Positions 1-10,314 of a stretch of 64,000 bases of DNA are shown here, in pieces (position 1 is the stretch's first letter; every line of letters begins with the position of its first letter). Source of the DNA: an uncultured Acidobacteriota bacterium (GTDB lineage: Bacteria; Acidobacteriota; UBA6911); contig CAWEJX010000009.1 in the NCBI GenBank assembly GCA_963809485.1, forward strand, positions 1 to 64,000, written 5' to 3'. The translations under genes and the position numbers were made by a program. The notes under the pieces were generated by a model, which saw nothing but the letters and a program-made list of their open reading frames with translations, was not told the DNA's origin and did no database searches.

Positions 1-275
1 ACGAATTTGGGCTTTGGCTGTTGTTGTTCGGCCTTGGATTGAATTGCAGCCAAGGGCTTCTTCACGGTGAGTTCCCGCTTAAAGAAATAGACCTTTCGAC
101 CTTTGGCTCTTACTTTAACGAACTTGCCGATGGCGGCTCGTCGAATACTTAGGCCATACTTCTGCCGTAGAAAATCAGCGATCCGTGCATAGGAGAGAGG
201 CGGTTTTTGACTCCTTAGAGCGACGATCTCACTTTGATACGGGATCAGACATGATTGAAATGGTTTTCCTGGCAT
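1..275 (-). CDS. Small basic, HTH-like hypothetical protein, running off the left edge
   Basis: Hand translation from ATG 275: MPGKPFQSCLIPYQSEIVALRSQKPPLSYARIADFLRQKYGLSIRRAAIGKFVKVR..., open to position 1. GGAGG-like RBS upstream. Not in the ORF track. Confidence 0.55.
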   Translation of the reverse strand, partial: MPGKPFQSCLIPYQSEIVALRSQKPPLSYARIADFLRQKYGLSIRRAAIGKFVKVRAKGRKVYFFKRELTVKKPLAAIQSKAEQQQPKPKF

Positions 276-368
276 TGGATCCTCAACCATTTGTCCAATC
301 CTCCTTGCTGGATCCCTGTATATCCCTGGCTGGCCTGCACGACCAAAGCGCTGTACTTTACAATCACG

Positions 369-818
369 TCATAAGGCCACCTCGGATCCGCCAACTGTCT
401 GGCAAATCAACACTTGGGAAATAGCTAAGTTGTTCTTTACAATCTCATCCAATCCCGGCCCGGTCATCCAAACCCTTGCAGTGAGCCGCTTTACATCGAT
501 AGCCAAGTTGTTCTTTACAATCAGGGAGAGCTTTCGTTTCTGGTTTCGCCCCTGCTGCTTCTGCCGGTTTTGTTCGCAGTATTCCTCATGTGTCGAACGG
601 TAGAGTTGCTGGTACCCAGGATTGTTTTCCCGCCATTTCCCCCGGCTGTCGGCACACACCTGTCGGTAATCCGAATCTGTAGCGATTTTATTGCGATGGT
701 AATCGCTTCGGCGGTGGCGCTGGCATTCTGGGGAAAGACAAACGCCCTGTTTGGGATGGAAAGGAGAAAGGTCGAACGGCTTGTGGCAGTAGAGACAAAC
801 AGGTTTCCTGACTTTCAT
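369..818 (-). CDS. Hypothetical protein with N-terminal CxxC...C (putative Zn-binding) motif and a basic helix
   Basis: 149 aa ORF containing CLYCHKPF...QGVCLSPEC and an internal duplication of IVKNNLAI. GGAG RBS upstream. Confidence 0.6.
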   Translation of the reverse strand: MKVRKPVCLYCHKPFDLSPFHPKQGVCLSPECQRHRRSDYHRNKIATDSDYRQVCADSRGKWRENNPGYQQLYRSTHEEYCEQNRQKQQGRNQKRKLSLIVKNNLAIDVKRLTARVWMTGPGLDEIVKNNLAISQVLICQTVGGSEVAL

Positions 819-1128
819 TCACTCGGGCTCCGGCCTGGATTGGCTCGGTTATTCTTTGTCAGGAATAATCAAAACAGGAATGGAAATAGGCAGCGGCTCT
901 ATATATAGAAACTTCTATAGAGTTATCTTACCGCGTCCTCGCAGATCTATATCGGAATGCTGGTGGAGGCATTCTATTCCGGCGAAAATGGCGGCCTTAT
1001 AAACAGGCGCGCACAGTTCAAGGCTATCCGCTACAGCATTTTGGATGGACCTAATCATGGCCTCCAAGATCCGTCAGCCCTCAGGGTATGTCAAGTTCCA
1101 AATGCAAGAGATAAAGGGATAAACGGAA

Positions 1129-4100
1129 TCAGGATTTGCAGGCGGCCCTGATCGCAGCGATGAGGTCGTCTGAAGGGCCGCCTTTTGTCAGGTAGGCAAC
1201 CGCGCCGGCATCGTGCATGGCGCGTGCCAGTTTTTCATCTGCATGCATGGACAGCCCGATAATCCTCGTATTCGGGATCCTGGCAAGGATACATTTCGTG
1301 GCCTCCACACCGTTCATTCCGGGAAGGTTCACATCCATAATGACGAGGTCGGGCTGAAGCTGTTCTGCGAGCTCGATAGCCTGAGGACCATCGCCTGCCT
1401 GGCCTACTATTTCAATGTCCGGCTCAAACTGCATGAGACCGACCAGCCCTTCGCGCATAATCCTGTGGTCATCAACAACCAGGACGCGGTAAACGAATGT
1501 TTTTTCGCGCACATGAAAACTGTCGGCCAGCGCTATCTGTCCTGCAGCTCGATCCTTCTCCTCCTCTAGCGGGATCGGTTTGACGTCGGGGATGATTACG
1601 CTAATGCTCGTCCCTCTGCCGGGGGCGGTTAATATTTCCATCTCGCCGCCGATATGAGCCAGCCGCTGTTGGATGCTGAAGAGACCGAATGTGACTTCGT
1701 CCGCGCCGCGTTTATTCAGCAGGCCGGGATCGAATCCGTTGCCTTCGTCTCGAATGATCAGTTTGATATGATCGTCTGTTGTTCGCAGAAGTGCGACGTG
1801 CGCTTCCGATACTCCGGCGTGCTTAACGGCATTGAACAGAAGTTCGCGCGCGCACTCGAACAGCAGCACCCGCATTTCCTCGCCGGCAGGCTCAGCCCTG
1901 GAGTCCGAGCGCAGGTTGACTTTGAACTGGTTTTTCTCCTGCATACGGGACGCCAGCCAGCTCAGGCTTCCGATCAGACCGGCCTCATGAAGCACGGGCG
2001 GACTCAGCTCGACCGTTAACGAACGGGATGCATCCAATGCTTCTCCGAGAATGCTGGCCACGCCCTGCGCGATCGACTGCATCCGCTCCGCATTGGTGTC
2101 ACGCTTCAGCCATTCCACCTGCATACGCGCCGCCACAAGGAGCTGCTGGATATGGTCGTGGAGGATTTTCGACAGTCGCTTGCGCTCTCGCTGCTCCGCC
2201 TGCGAAAGATCCACCGCCAGGGCGCGCAGCCGATCGGCGAGCCGCTGAACTTCGGCAGTTTGCACGGCCAGGGCGTTCTCGTCCTGTCTGCGCAGCGTGA
2301 TGTCCATGCCCACTTCCAGGATCAGATGCGAGTCGTCCACGTCGGTAAAAGGAAAATCATTGATATCGTAAATTCGTCCGTCCGGTCCTGTCCATTCCCA
2401 TTGGCGCGGAGCGTTGGTTTTGAGCACTTTGAACGTCTCGCAGGTCTCGCACGGCTCATTGCGATTGAACAGATATTCGTAACAGCGCCGGCCTTCGTCT
2501 TTGCCGAAACGGCTTTCGAAGAATCGGTTGGCAAAGGAGACGTGATAATCGGATGTTAAAAGGATGACGTAAACCGGCAGCGCATCCAGGACTTCATGGA
2601 AGCGTTGCTGTGCGGCGTGTACCTGACTCATGCTCCGCTGCAGGTCCGCTGTTCGTTCGGCCACGCGCTGTTCGAGCGATTCGTTCATCTCACGCAAGGA
2701 TTCCTCAGCCTGCTTGCGATTGGTGATGTCAAGCGCGTAGAGGTTGAATAGACCCGCCCGGCTGCTCGCCGCCACTGCGAAGGAAAACGTACGACCAACA
2801 GCGCACGTCAGATCAAACTCGCGTGTTTCACCCTCCTCCATAATTCGTTGAACCCGATGAAGAATCGTTTCGGGCAGGGCTTGGCCGGCTTGCCATCCCA
2901 TTGCCTCCAGGAGTTTGATTGCCGGCTGATTGGCGTATTGCACCAGCCCTTCCGCAGAGATGCGCAGTACCGGATTGGGATTCTCTTTAGGGAACTCCGC
3001 GAGGCTGCGTATTTCTTCCTCGGCTCGTTTGCGATCGGTGATATCGATATTGACACCCGTCATGCGCAGCGACCGGCCGGAATCGTCCTTGAAAACCTGC
3101 CAGCGTCCGGACAGCCAGTGGACGCTTCCGTCCGGCCAGATCACGCGCCATTCGCCCTCCGTCAGCGCGCCCGTTCTTAATGCCTCCTCCACGCAAGCCA
3201 CAGCAGCAGCGCGGTCGTCAGGGTGTATGAGGTCCTCCCACGCCCGTTGCGTCCCGGCAAAACCGCCGACAGGAAGCCCATACATCGCTTCGAGTTCGGG
3301 GGTCCAGGTGTTGACGTTCTCTTGTATGTTCCACTCAAAGGTGCCGATATGAGCGGCTTGCTGGGCCAGACGCAATCGTTCTTCGCTGATCAACAACGCT
3401 TCCTGTGCAGCCTTGAGGTCCTGGATGTCTGTATTGGTGCCGAACCAGCGGACCACGTCTCCGTTGGAACTCTGGAGCGGCCATGCGCGGACCAGGAACC
3501 ATCGATATTCGCCATCTGCGCGGCGGACCCGGATCTCATTCTCGAAAATCGATACGTTGCGAACTGCCTGCTGCCACCTCTCCAGTGTGCGTGGAATGTC
3601 ATCGGGATGAGCGACAGATTGCCAGCTCCACCCCTTGCCCTCTCCCTGCTTCTGACCGGTATAGTCATACCACCGATGATTGAACCAGTCGACGTCTCCC
3701 TCCGCGTCGGCTGTCCAGACGATCTGAGGCAGTGCCTCGGCAAGAGCCTTGAAATGCTCCTCGCTCCGGCGCAGCAAAACCTCCGCGCTCTTGCGTGCGG
3801 AAATCTCGGCCGCGAGCGCCTGATTAATTGCGGCCAGCTTTTCCGCGCGCTTCTGCTGTGTAATGTCGATGACTGCGGCGCGGCAGAACTTCTCCTCCCC
3901 CTGTTGGTCCTCAGATGCGATGGCCTCAATCAACACCTCGACTTCCTGTCCATCCCTCAGAAGCCTGAATTCGCAGGTTTGCTTGATATCGTTCGCGAGC
4001 ACCAATTGGCAGAATTCGGGAAATCGTGTTCGGTCTTCCACCACCAGGAACTGTCCGAACCGCTTTTGTACCACACTGCCTCGATCCCGGCCGATAAGAG

Positions 4101-4413
4101 CTGCGCCGGCCAGATTGACTTCCTGAATCTGCCCCTGGTGATCCCACAGGAAATATCCAACCGGGGCGAAGTCAAATAGACTGAGATACTTTTCCGAGGC
4201 TTCCGCCGCCGTTGCCTGAGCGCGCCGGAGTTCCTCATTCTGCATCTCCAGTTCAATCTGATGCACCTGCAACTCGTGGACCAGTGCACGAGCGTCCGCT
4301 TCCGATGCAGCTGAAGCCGGAACAGGAACTCGTGTGCGCATTTGCCGCTCTGCTTTCCGGCGCAGCTCGGAGGCTTTGAGCGATCCCGAATCCGTTGTTT
4401 TCTTTTTGCCCAT
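1129..4413 (-). CDS. Multi-PAS hybrid sensor histidine kinase (HisKA_3-type) with C-terminal NarL-like receiver
   Basis: Several PAS/PAC repeats, H-box ERKRLSKILHDHIQQ, ATPase motifs LFNAVKHA / DEGNGF / GLFSI, receiver VLVVDDH...IMDVNLP...YLTK. Start MGKKK at 4413 has an RBS. Confidence 0.92.
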   Translation of the reverse strand: MGKKKTTDSGSLKASELRRKAERQMRTRVPVPASAASEADARALVHELQVHQIELEMQNEELRRAQATAAEASEKYLSLFDFAPVGYFLWDHQGQIQEVNLAGAALIGRDRGSVVQKRFGQFLVVEDRTRFPEFCQLVLANDIKQTCEFRLLRDGQEVEVLIEAIASEDQQGEEKFCRAAVIDITQQKRAEKLAAINQALAAEISARKSAEVLLRRSEEHFKALAEALPQIVWTADAEGDVDWFNHRWYDYTGQKQGEGKGWSWQSVAHPDDIPRTLERWQQAVRNVSIFENEIRVRRADGEYRWFLVRAWPLQSSNGDVVRWFGTNTDIQDLKAAQEALLISEERLRLAQQAAHIGTFEWNIQENVNTWTPELEAMYGLPVGGFAGTQRAWEDLIHPDDRAAAVACVEEALRTGALTEGEWRVIWPDGSVHWLSGRWQVFKDDSGRSLRMTGVNIDITDRKRAEEEIRSLAEFPKENPNPVLRISAEGLVQYANQPAIKLLEAMGWQAGQALPETILHRVQRIMEEGETREFDLTCAVGRTFSFAVAASSRAGLFNLYALDITNRKQAEESLREMNESLEQRVAERTADLQRSMSQVHAAQQRFHEVLDALPVYVILLTSDYHVSFANRFFESRFGKDEGRRCYEYLFNRNEPCETCETFKVLKTNAPRQWEWTGPDGRIYDINDFPFTDVDDSHLILEVGMDITLRRQDENALAVQTAEVQRLADRLRALAVDLSQAEQRERKRLSKILHDHIQQLLVAARMQVEWLKRDTNAERMQSIAQGVASILGEALDASRSLTVELSPPVLHEAGLIGSLSWLASRMQEKNQFKVNLRSDSRAEPAGEEMRVLLFECARELLFNAVKHAGVSEAHVALLRTTDDHIKLIIRDEGNGFDPGLLNKRGADEVTFGLFSIQQRLAHIGGEMEILTAPGRGTSISVIIPDVKPIPLEEEKDRAAGQIALADSFHVREKTFVYRVLVVDDHRIMREGLVGLMQFEPDIEIVGQAGDGPQAIELAEQLQPDLVIMDVNLPGMNGVEATKCILARIPNTRIIGLSMHADEKLARAMHDAGAVAYLTKGGPSDDLIAAIRAACKS

Positions 4414-4433
4414 GGTTACTCTCCGCGTATGCC

Positions 4434-7412
4434 TTAAACGGCGGAAGAAGCCGTAATATCTTCCATCGCCATCAGAATCAGATCCGGCCTGCATCCTTCG
4501 CTGGCAATGCTGCGGGCATTGAGCAACAGCACCTTATGCCCGATGGCGGGAGAATCGTATTCCACGCGGAAGTCCTCGAAGGGCGTGTTCTTCCGAAGGA
4601 TGTCCTCCAGTAGTTGCCGCAAGGCAGGAATCTCCCACTGTCTTTGACCAATCTCATTAAAGAGCCGGCCCTCTGTCTCGGCCGGATTCAGTTGAAACGT
4701 AGAATAGAAGGAGCGGCTTGCCGAAATGATCCGCAGCTCGCCATCCAGTACCACCAGCGGTTCGCGGATCGTGGCAATGATGCTCTGGGCCAAGTCGCGG
4801 GCCTCTTGCAGGCGGATTTCCGTCTGCTTCAGCGCGGTAATGTCGGCAAATGTCATCACCACGCCGTCGATCACGTTGTCCGCAGTCCGGTAGGGCAAGA
4901 CACGCATGTTGTACCAGCGGCCGTCTCTGGCTTGGACTTGTCCTTCCTTGGGCACAAGCGTGTCCAGCACTTGCCTGGCGTCTTCGACCAGCCGGTCGTA
5001 TTTCAGATTTGTGGTGAAATGGCCGATCGGCCGTCCCACATCTCCGGCTGCCAGGTTGACGACTCTCGATGCCTGCGCCGTGAACCGCTTGACACAAAGG
5101 TCGTTGTCCAGGAAGATCGTGGCGATTTCGGTGCCGTTCAGCAGGTTCTTCATGTCGTTGTTCGACTGCGACAATTCCTCGATCTTCAACTGCAACTCGG
5201 CGTTTACCGTCTGCATTTCTTCATTGAGGGACTGCAATTCCTCCTTGGAACTGGTCAATTCCTCGTTGGTGCTCTGCAATTCTTCGTTGTTGGACTGCAA
5301 TTCCTCATTGGCCGATCGGAGCTCTTCCTGGGCTGTCTGCATTTCCTCGATGGTGGTTTGAAGGCGATCGCGCATGCGATTGAGTTCTTCTTCCATTTCG
5401 GTTGCCGGGATATCCGCACGGGAGGGCACCAACCTGTTTTCCTGAACCGCCTCTGAATGATCGTTTCCAGTCTCCTCGAATACGATCAGTAACATGCCTC
5501 GCAGTTCAGCCGGCTCGGCAAGCGGCCTGACGGTGAGGTCAATGATTGTCCAGCCGCCATTGGACTTGATCCTCACGCCGGCCCGCGTAACGGTTGTCTT
5601 CTGTTTCGCGGCATTGTGAATAGCGATGCACGAGATCTTCGCGCAGCCCCTCGCGGGCCATCGCAAGAACATTGACGTTAGCTTTCCCGGAGGAGGGTTC
5701 CAGATAGTTGCCGGTTCGGCCGTTGACATAGATGATGTCACCCTCTGCAGTAACAATCACGGAGGGAGGGCCATAGGTGTCCAATAACACCCGCTGGGCA
5801 GCATAGAAAATATCCATGGCCGGTAATTCCCCCTTCTCTGCTGCAGGCGCCGCGATACGCTCGTGATGCATCGCACGGGCCGGCATTTCGATGAAGCTTC
5901 TCTCACTCCCCTCGTGCGCTCGAATATCCTTCCACTTCTGGTCCACCGCCGAGAACAGGTGGCCGAAGCCTCCAACGCTCTCGGCCGTACCCAAGATCAG
6001 CAGCCCGCCGGGATTCAGGGCGTAGTGCATTAACGCCAGAAGTTTCTTCTGCGTCTCGGCAGTTCAGATAGATCAAAAGGTTCCGGCAACAGACGATGTC
6101 CAAACTTGTAAATGGCGGATCGACGAGGATGTTCTGTGGAGCAAAAACCACCAGATCGCGAATATCCTTCTTGATCCGGTAGCTCTCTCCCTCAGGCACA
6201 AAGAAGTGCGCCAGGCGCGCAGGGGAGACGTCTGAAGCGATACCGGAGGAATAAATGCCCTGGCGGGCTTTTTCAATGGCATCATGGTCGATGTCGGTGG
6301 CAAAAATCTGAATCGCCGGACTATCCGATAGACTCAAGCCCTCGATGCACTCCTTGAGCGCGATAGCAAGCGAGTAGGTCTCCTCTCCGGTCGAGCAACC
6401 CGGGATTCCACACTCGCACGGGACTTGCTTCCGGCCGCATCCGGAACAACCGGGGAAATCCTTCTTCACTCAGGAAGTCGAACAAGCCCGGATCGCGGAA
6501 GAAGTTGGTCACTCCGATCAGCAGTTCCTTGTTTAGCAAATCGACTTCCTGAGGATTCTCCTGGAGAAAGCGAACGTATCGCGGAAGGCTGTCAAACTGA
6601 TGAACGCTCATCCGGCGCTCGATCCGCCGGCTGATCGTGCTGTTCTTATAGCAGGAAAAATCGTTGCCGGTTCTTGCCCGTAGAAGAACAAAGATCTTTT
6701 GAAGTGCGGCGGATGATCCCTCATCGGCCAAATTATGAACTTCAGCGGATTGTGGGATGTGGTGAATAAACTGGTTCAATTTGGCGGGAAGTTCTTCCGC
6801 GGAGGCCACGAAATCCACAAGCCCGGTATTAATGGCGCTTCGGGGCATCCCGTCATACTTTGCCGAGGCGGGATCCTGAACCATCGCCATTCCCAGGTTT
6901 TCCTTGATGGCTCTCAGCCCCAGCGTGCCGTCTGTCCCCATACCGGAAAGAATAATGCAGATAGCTTTTTCCTTCTGATCTGCGGCCAATTGCCGGAAGA
7001 AAAAATCGATCGGCATCCGCAAGCCCCGAGGCGCGGAAGGTTCAAGCACCTGCAATCGTCCGTGCAGAATGGCAAGGTCCGCATTGGGAGGAATCACGTA
7101 GATGTGATTGGGCTGAACATCCATACCGTCTGCCGCTTCAATTACCTTCATTGGGGTCTGCCGTCCGAGGAGTTCGGGCATCATGCCTTTGTGCGACGGA
7201 TCCAGATGCGGCACGAGAACGAAGCTTAATCCAGTGTCCGGAGTCATGTGCGAGAAGAATTGTCCAAATGCCTCCAGTCCCCCTGCCGAGCCGCCCATGC
7301 CGACAATCCGAGAACCAGCCGGATCGCGACCTGGTTTCAGCTTCGGGAATGGGGAAGCAGCAAGGCTTTCCGTGGGTCGACTCGAGCCGGATTTCCTTCG
7401 GACTTTTTTCAT
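4434..7412 (-). CDS. cheBR: CheB methylesterase / CheR methyltransferase / coiled-coil / PAS fusion, interrupted by about 3 single-base frameshifts
   Basis: CheB motifs GGSAGG, HLDP, SGMGTDG. CheR motifs [37 protein letters not shown] coil and PAS. Frame changes near 6400, 6060 and 5630. Confidence 0.88.
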
Positions 7413-7661
7413 GCGAAGCCCGCGTATTAAAAAAACATTGCATGGGAGGCTGCATCGAAAAGGCAATTCGGTTCAAAATCAACAATGGTACCCGCAATAA
7501 TGCGAAGCCCTCTTTGCAGTTCTGCTTCTGAATGAACGTTAAGTAGTTTTTTTATTATACTCTTAAGTCGTCGACCCACCTCCTAATAAATCGGGGTAGA
7601 AACAATTATGCATCCGGCAAAACCGGAAGTTTATTCAAAAGCGAATTCGATCATTGAGCAT

Positions 7662-8040
7662 TCATTCGTGCCAGGGCCAAAGGCATGTCTCAGGAGGCGC
7701 GCGATGCGGGACTTTCGCGAGTGCGATGCCCGCCGCGGTCAGGTCCGCGTACGTCTCTGTGGATCTATAGGCCCTGGTTGTTCGTCCCGCATCATCCACG
7801 CTGCAGTTCACTACGCGTCCCGAGGGACAGCTTAGAGCTTTCAGCGCGTCATTCAGCCACCAGTTGTAACTGAAGGAAAGGTTGCCGAATAATCCACTGA
7901 CCGTATGAGTGGTGGCCGTTATCTGTCCCAGAGCACTGTAACTATCATAGACCGTTGAAGCCGCAGTGGAAATGACCGACTTTAGCCGGCCGATATTGGG
8001 GGCGGAGGAGGAGCCGGCCAAATGATAATCGTACGAAGCT
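7662..8040 (-). pseudogene. RHS/YD-repeat core fragment (relic)
   Basis: GRLKSV...YDSYSALGQITATTHTV...FSYNW...PSGRVVN.SVDDAGR resembles RHS repeats. No start and no RHS core end. Confidence 0.6.
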
Positions 8041-8438
8041 GGGGGGACATTCGTGACTGTCCCCCCTTCCCGTTCAGACGAAATCCACGAGCTCTCGGTA
8101 AGAATTCCGCAACCGCGGCTGCATGCCGGCGTTAACGGGAAATAACCCTGGCAAGCAAAGCCGCCGGTATCAGATTGGCCGATCGTTCCAAACAATTTCT
8201 GACACTTACCTATCAGCAGTGAAACTCAAATATCCTGGCGCATAATTCCGATAAAGATACCGAAATTTATTCATAGGACAATACGGGAAACATCAGTAAA
8301 CTGATATCAACATAGGGTCTTATGTAACATAATTCATATCGTATAAAGTATCCAAGAACGGATTGGCACCGACTGCGGTGGGGCTTTTATATTGCAAACA
8401 AAATTCGGAACAACAAATCTTAGGAGGCATGGAATCCA

Positions 8439-10199
8439 ATGACAAAAGGCGCAGGCAATCAGGTGCTTTTGGAAGTTTTAAATCCCCGCGCGAGTCTCCC
8501 GTCTATTCCCGTGAGCGGCTTGACCGCACCGCGGCTTGACTCTCTCGAAGGCAAACGAATTCTCCTTTCGGGCGGCAAGCCGGATTCCGTCGTTTTCTTT
8601 GACGTCCTGGAGAAATTGCTAAAGGGAAGATACCCCACTTTGATTGTAGAACGACGCGCCTTTTTCACCGTCACGGAAGGCAACAAATATGATTTCGACG
8701 CATGGGTGGAGGGGGTAAAAACCTCCGGCGCCGGAAGAGTGGACAATGAGGCAAAGCTTGAAAAAATGGGTTTACCAGGGGTAACGGTCGTTGTCGATGA
8801 CCTTCTCCCTCAGCGGAAACGATTAGCGGAGTGCAACGGCCTTCCGGGTATTCGCATAGTAACAGTCCCGGCCGAAACATATTTTGTCTGCGAATGTAAG
8901 CCGGAAAAATTGAGACCGATCGCTGCCTCAGCAATCGATGACATCATTGAAGCTCTGACCTCCCCTTTGACCGAAGAGGAGATAAATCCTAAGCGTTTTG
9001 TGTACGATTACGGTCCCATGCATTTCGCGGGTGCCTCTTATGACGAGGCTTATGAGAAATTTCAGCAGTACTGTATAGAAAACGATATGGGGGACGGGCT
9101 GCCGCTGACTCCGCCCACAGAAGAAGCGGTAAAAAGGATGATGGCGGGTACAAGCCGCTCGCCCGATGAAGTATTGGGTTTGATGGTTCCCCGCAACGGG
9201 AAGGCAACCATAGAAAAAGTGGCGATTAACGCGGTAATGGCCGGAGCCAGGCCGGAATATCTGCCTGTCATTATTGCCGCGGTCGAAGGAATGGCGGATA
9301 TCCGCTTTAACCTCTACCACATTTCTACCGGAACGCTAAACTCCAGCGCACTGGTTTTTGTAAACGGTCCCATAGCAAAAGAAATAGGAATGAACTCTCG
9401 AGATGCCTATTTAGGACCCGGCAATCGTGCCAACAGTTCCATCGGCCGCGCACTCAGCCTGTGTATGATAAACATCGGGTGGAGTTTTTTCAAAACAGAG
9501 GGCGGCGGAATTGGGCAGCCGACCCGATATACCCACCTGATATTTGCGGAAAACGAGGCGGAGAGTCCCTGGGAGTCCTTTGCCGTAGAGCATGGGTATG
9601 CTCCGGAAGACAGCACCGTTACCCTGGACGAATGCATCTGGTATGACAGGCTCGGCCCGTCGGGATGCATGAATCCCATGCCGATGGAAGCCGATATGGC
9701 ACGGCTTGCCTCAATGGTCAAAGGTTTTACGGGAGGCATGACCCCCGCCAGAAACGCTCCGGCAGTCCCGATATGGGGATCCCTGGATGCGGAATCGGCG
9801 ATCAACGGCAATTATTGCACCCTGGTTTTATATCCCGCGCTGGCACGTCAGCTCGCCGCTGCCGGCTACAGCAAGCAGAAGCTGGCTCAATGGCTGTGTG
9901 ACCAACACCGTTTCCCATGGGACGATTATTCCGACAGTCAGCAGCAAAGCATTCTAAAAGCGGCAAAGGCGGGCGGTATCCCAGGATTAAGGGTAGAGCA
10001 CTGCAAATCCGGCGGCACGATTCCCAACTTCAACCCGAGACATCTGGCCATCTTGGTTGCAGGGCCTATGGCCGGTCAGGCGATGGGTTTCTACGGCGGC
10101 GCAGCTACTCAGCCTAACTTCGATAATATAGGTTCGACTGAAATTGATTATATGATCAAAATAATTCACGGTGCTACCCTGACAGAAGCCGGACGATAA
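8439..10199 (+). CDS. UGSC-family-like N-terminal domain fused to the conserved 'DGLPxxPPT...KVAINAVMAGA' domain; paralog 1, no U/CxxC
   Basis: AGGAGG RBS. Motifs VLNP..APRLDSLEGKRI, LEKMGLPGV, GDGLPLTPPTEEAV, ATIEKVAINAVMAGARPEYLPVI, NRANSSIGRA. Confidence 0.8.
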   Translation: MTKGAGNQVLLEVLNPRASLPSIPVSGLTAPRLDSLEGKRILLSGGKPDSVVFFDVLEKLLKGRYPTLIVERRAFFTVTEGNKYDFDAWVEGVKTSGAGRVDNEAKLEKMGLPGVTVVVDDLLPQRKRLAECNGLPGIRIVTVPAETYFVCECKPEKLRPIAASAIDDIIEALTSPLTEEEINPKRFVYDYGPMHFAGASYDEAYEKFQQYCIENDMGDGLPLTPPTEEAVKRMMAGTSRSPDEVLGLMVPRNGKATIEKVAINAVMAGARPEYLPVIIAAVEGMADIRFNLYHISTGTLNSSALVFVNGPIAKEIGMNSRDAYLGPGNRANSSIGRALSLCMINIGWSFFKTEGGGIGQPTRYTHLIFAENEAESPWESFAVEHGYAPEDSTVTLDECIWYDRLGPSGCMNPMPMEADMARLASMVKGFTGGMTPARNAPAVPIWGSLDAESAINGNYCTLVLYPALARQLAAAGYSKQKLAQWLCDQHRFPWDDYSDSQQQSILKAAKAGGIPGLRVEHCKSGGTIPNFNPRHLAILVAGPMAGQAMGFYGGAATQPNFDNIGSTEIDYMIKIIHGATLTEAGR

Positions 10200-10314
10200 T
10201 AACGATTTTCTTGCGGCGTTTTCAGGCTTTTTCCCGTTATACAACGAGGATACGAAACTGGGATTAGGCAACACTGGAAACAGGGATATTGCTTCAACTA
10301 AGGAGGAGATACAG

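Noticed and set aside
4434-7412. Programmed frameshifting or true pseudogenisation of cheBR
   Set aside because: Several isolated single-base indels without slippery sites or stop accumulation, and similar indels occur in leuB. Long-read assembly error is more likely; raw reads are needed.
8360-8380. Sigma54 promoter at TGGCAC upstream of the UGSC-like pair
   Set aside because: The GG-to-GC spacing does not fit the -24/-12 consensus.
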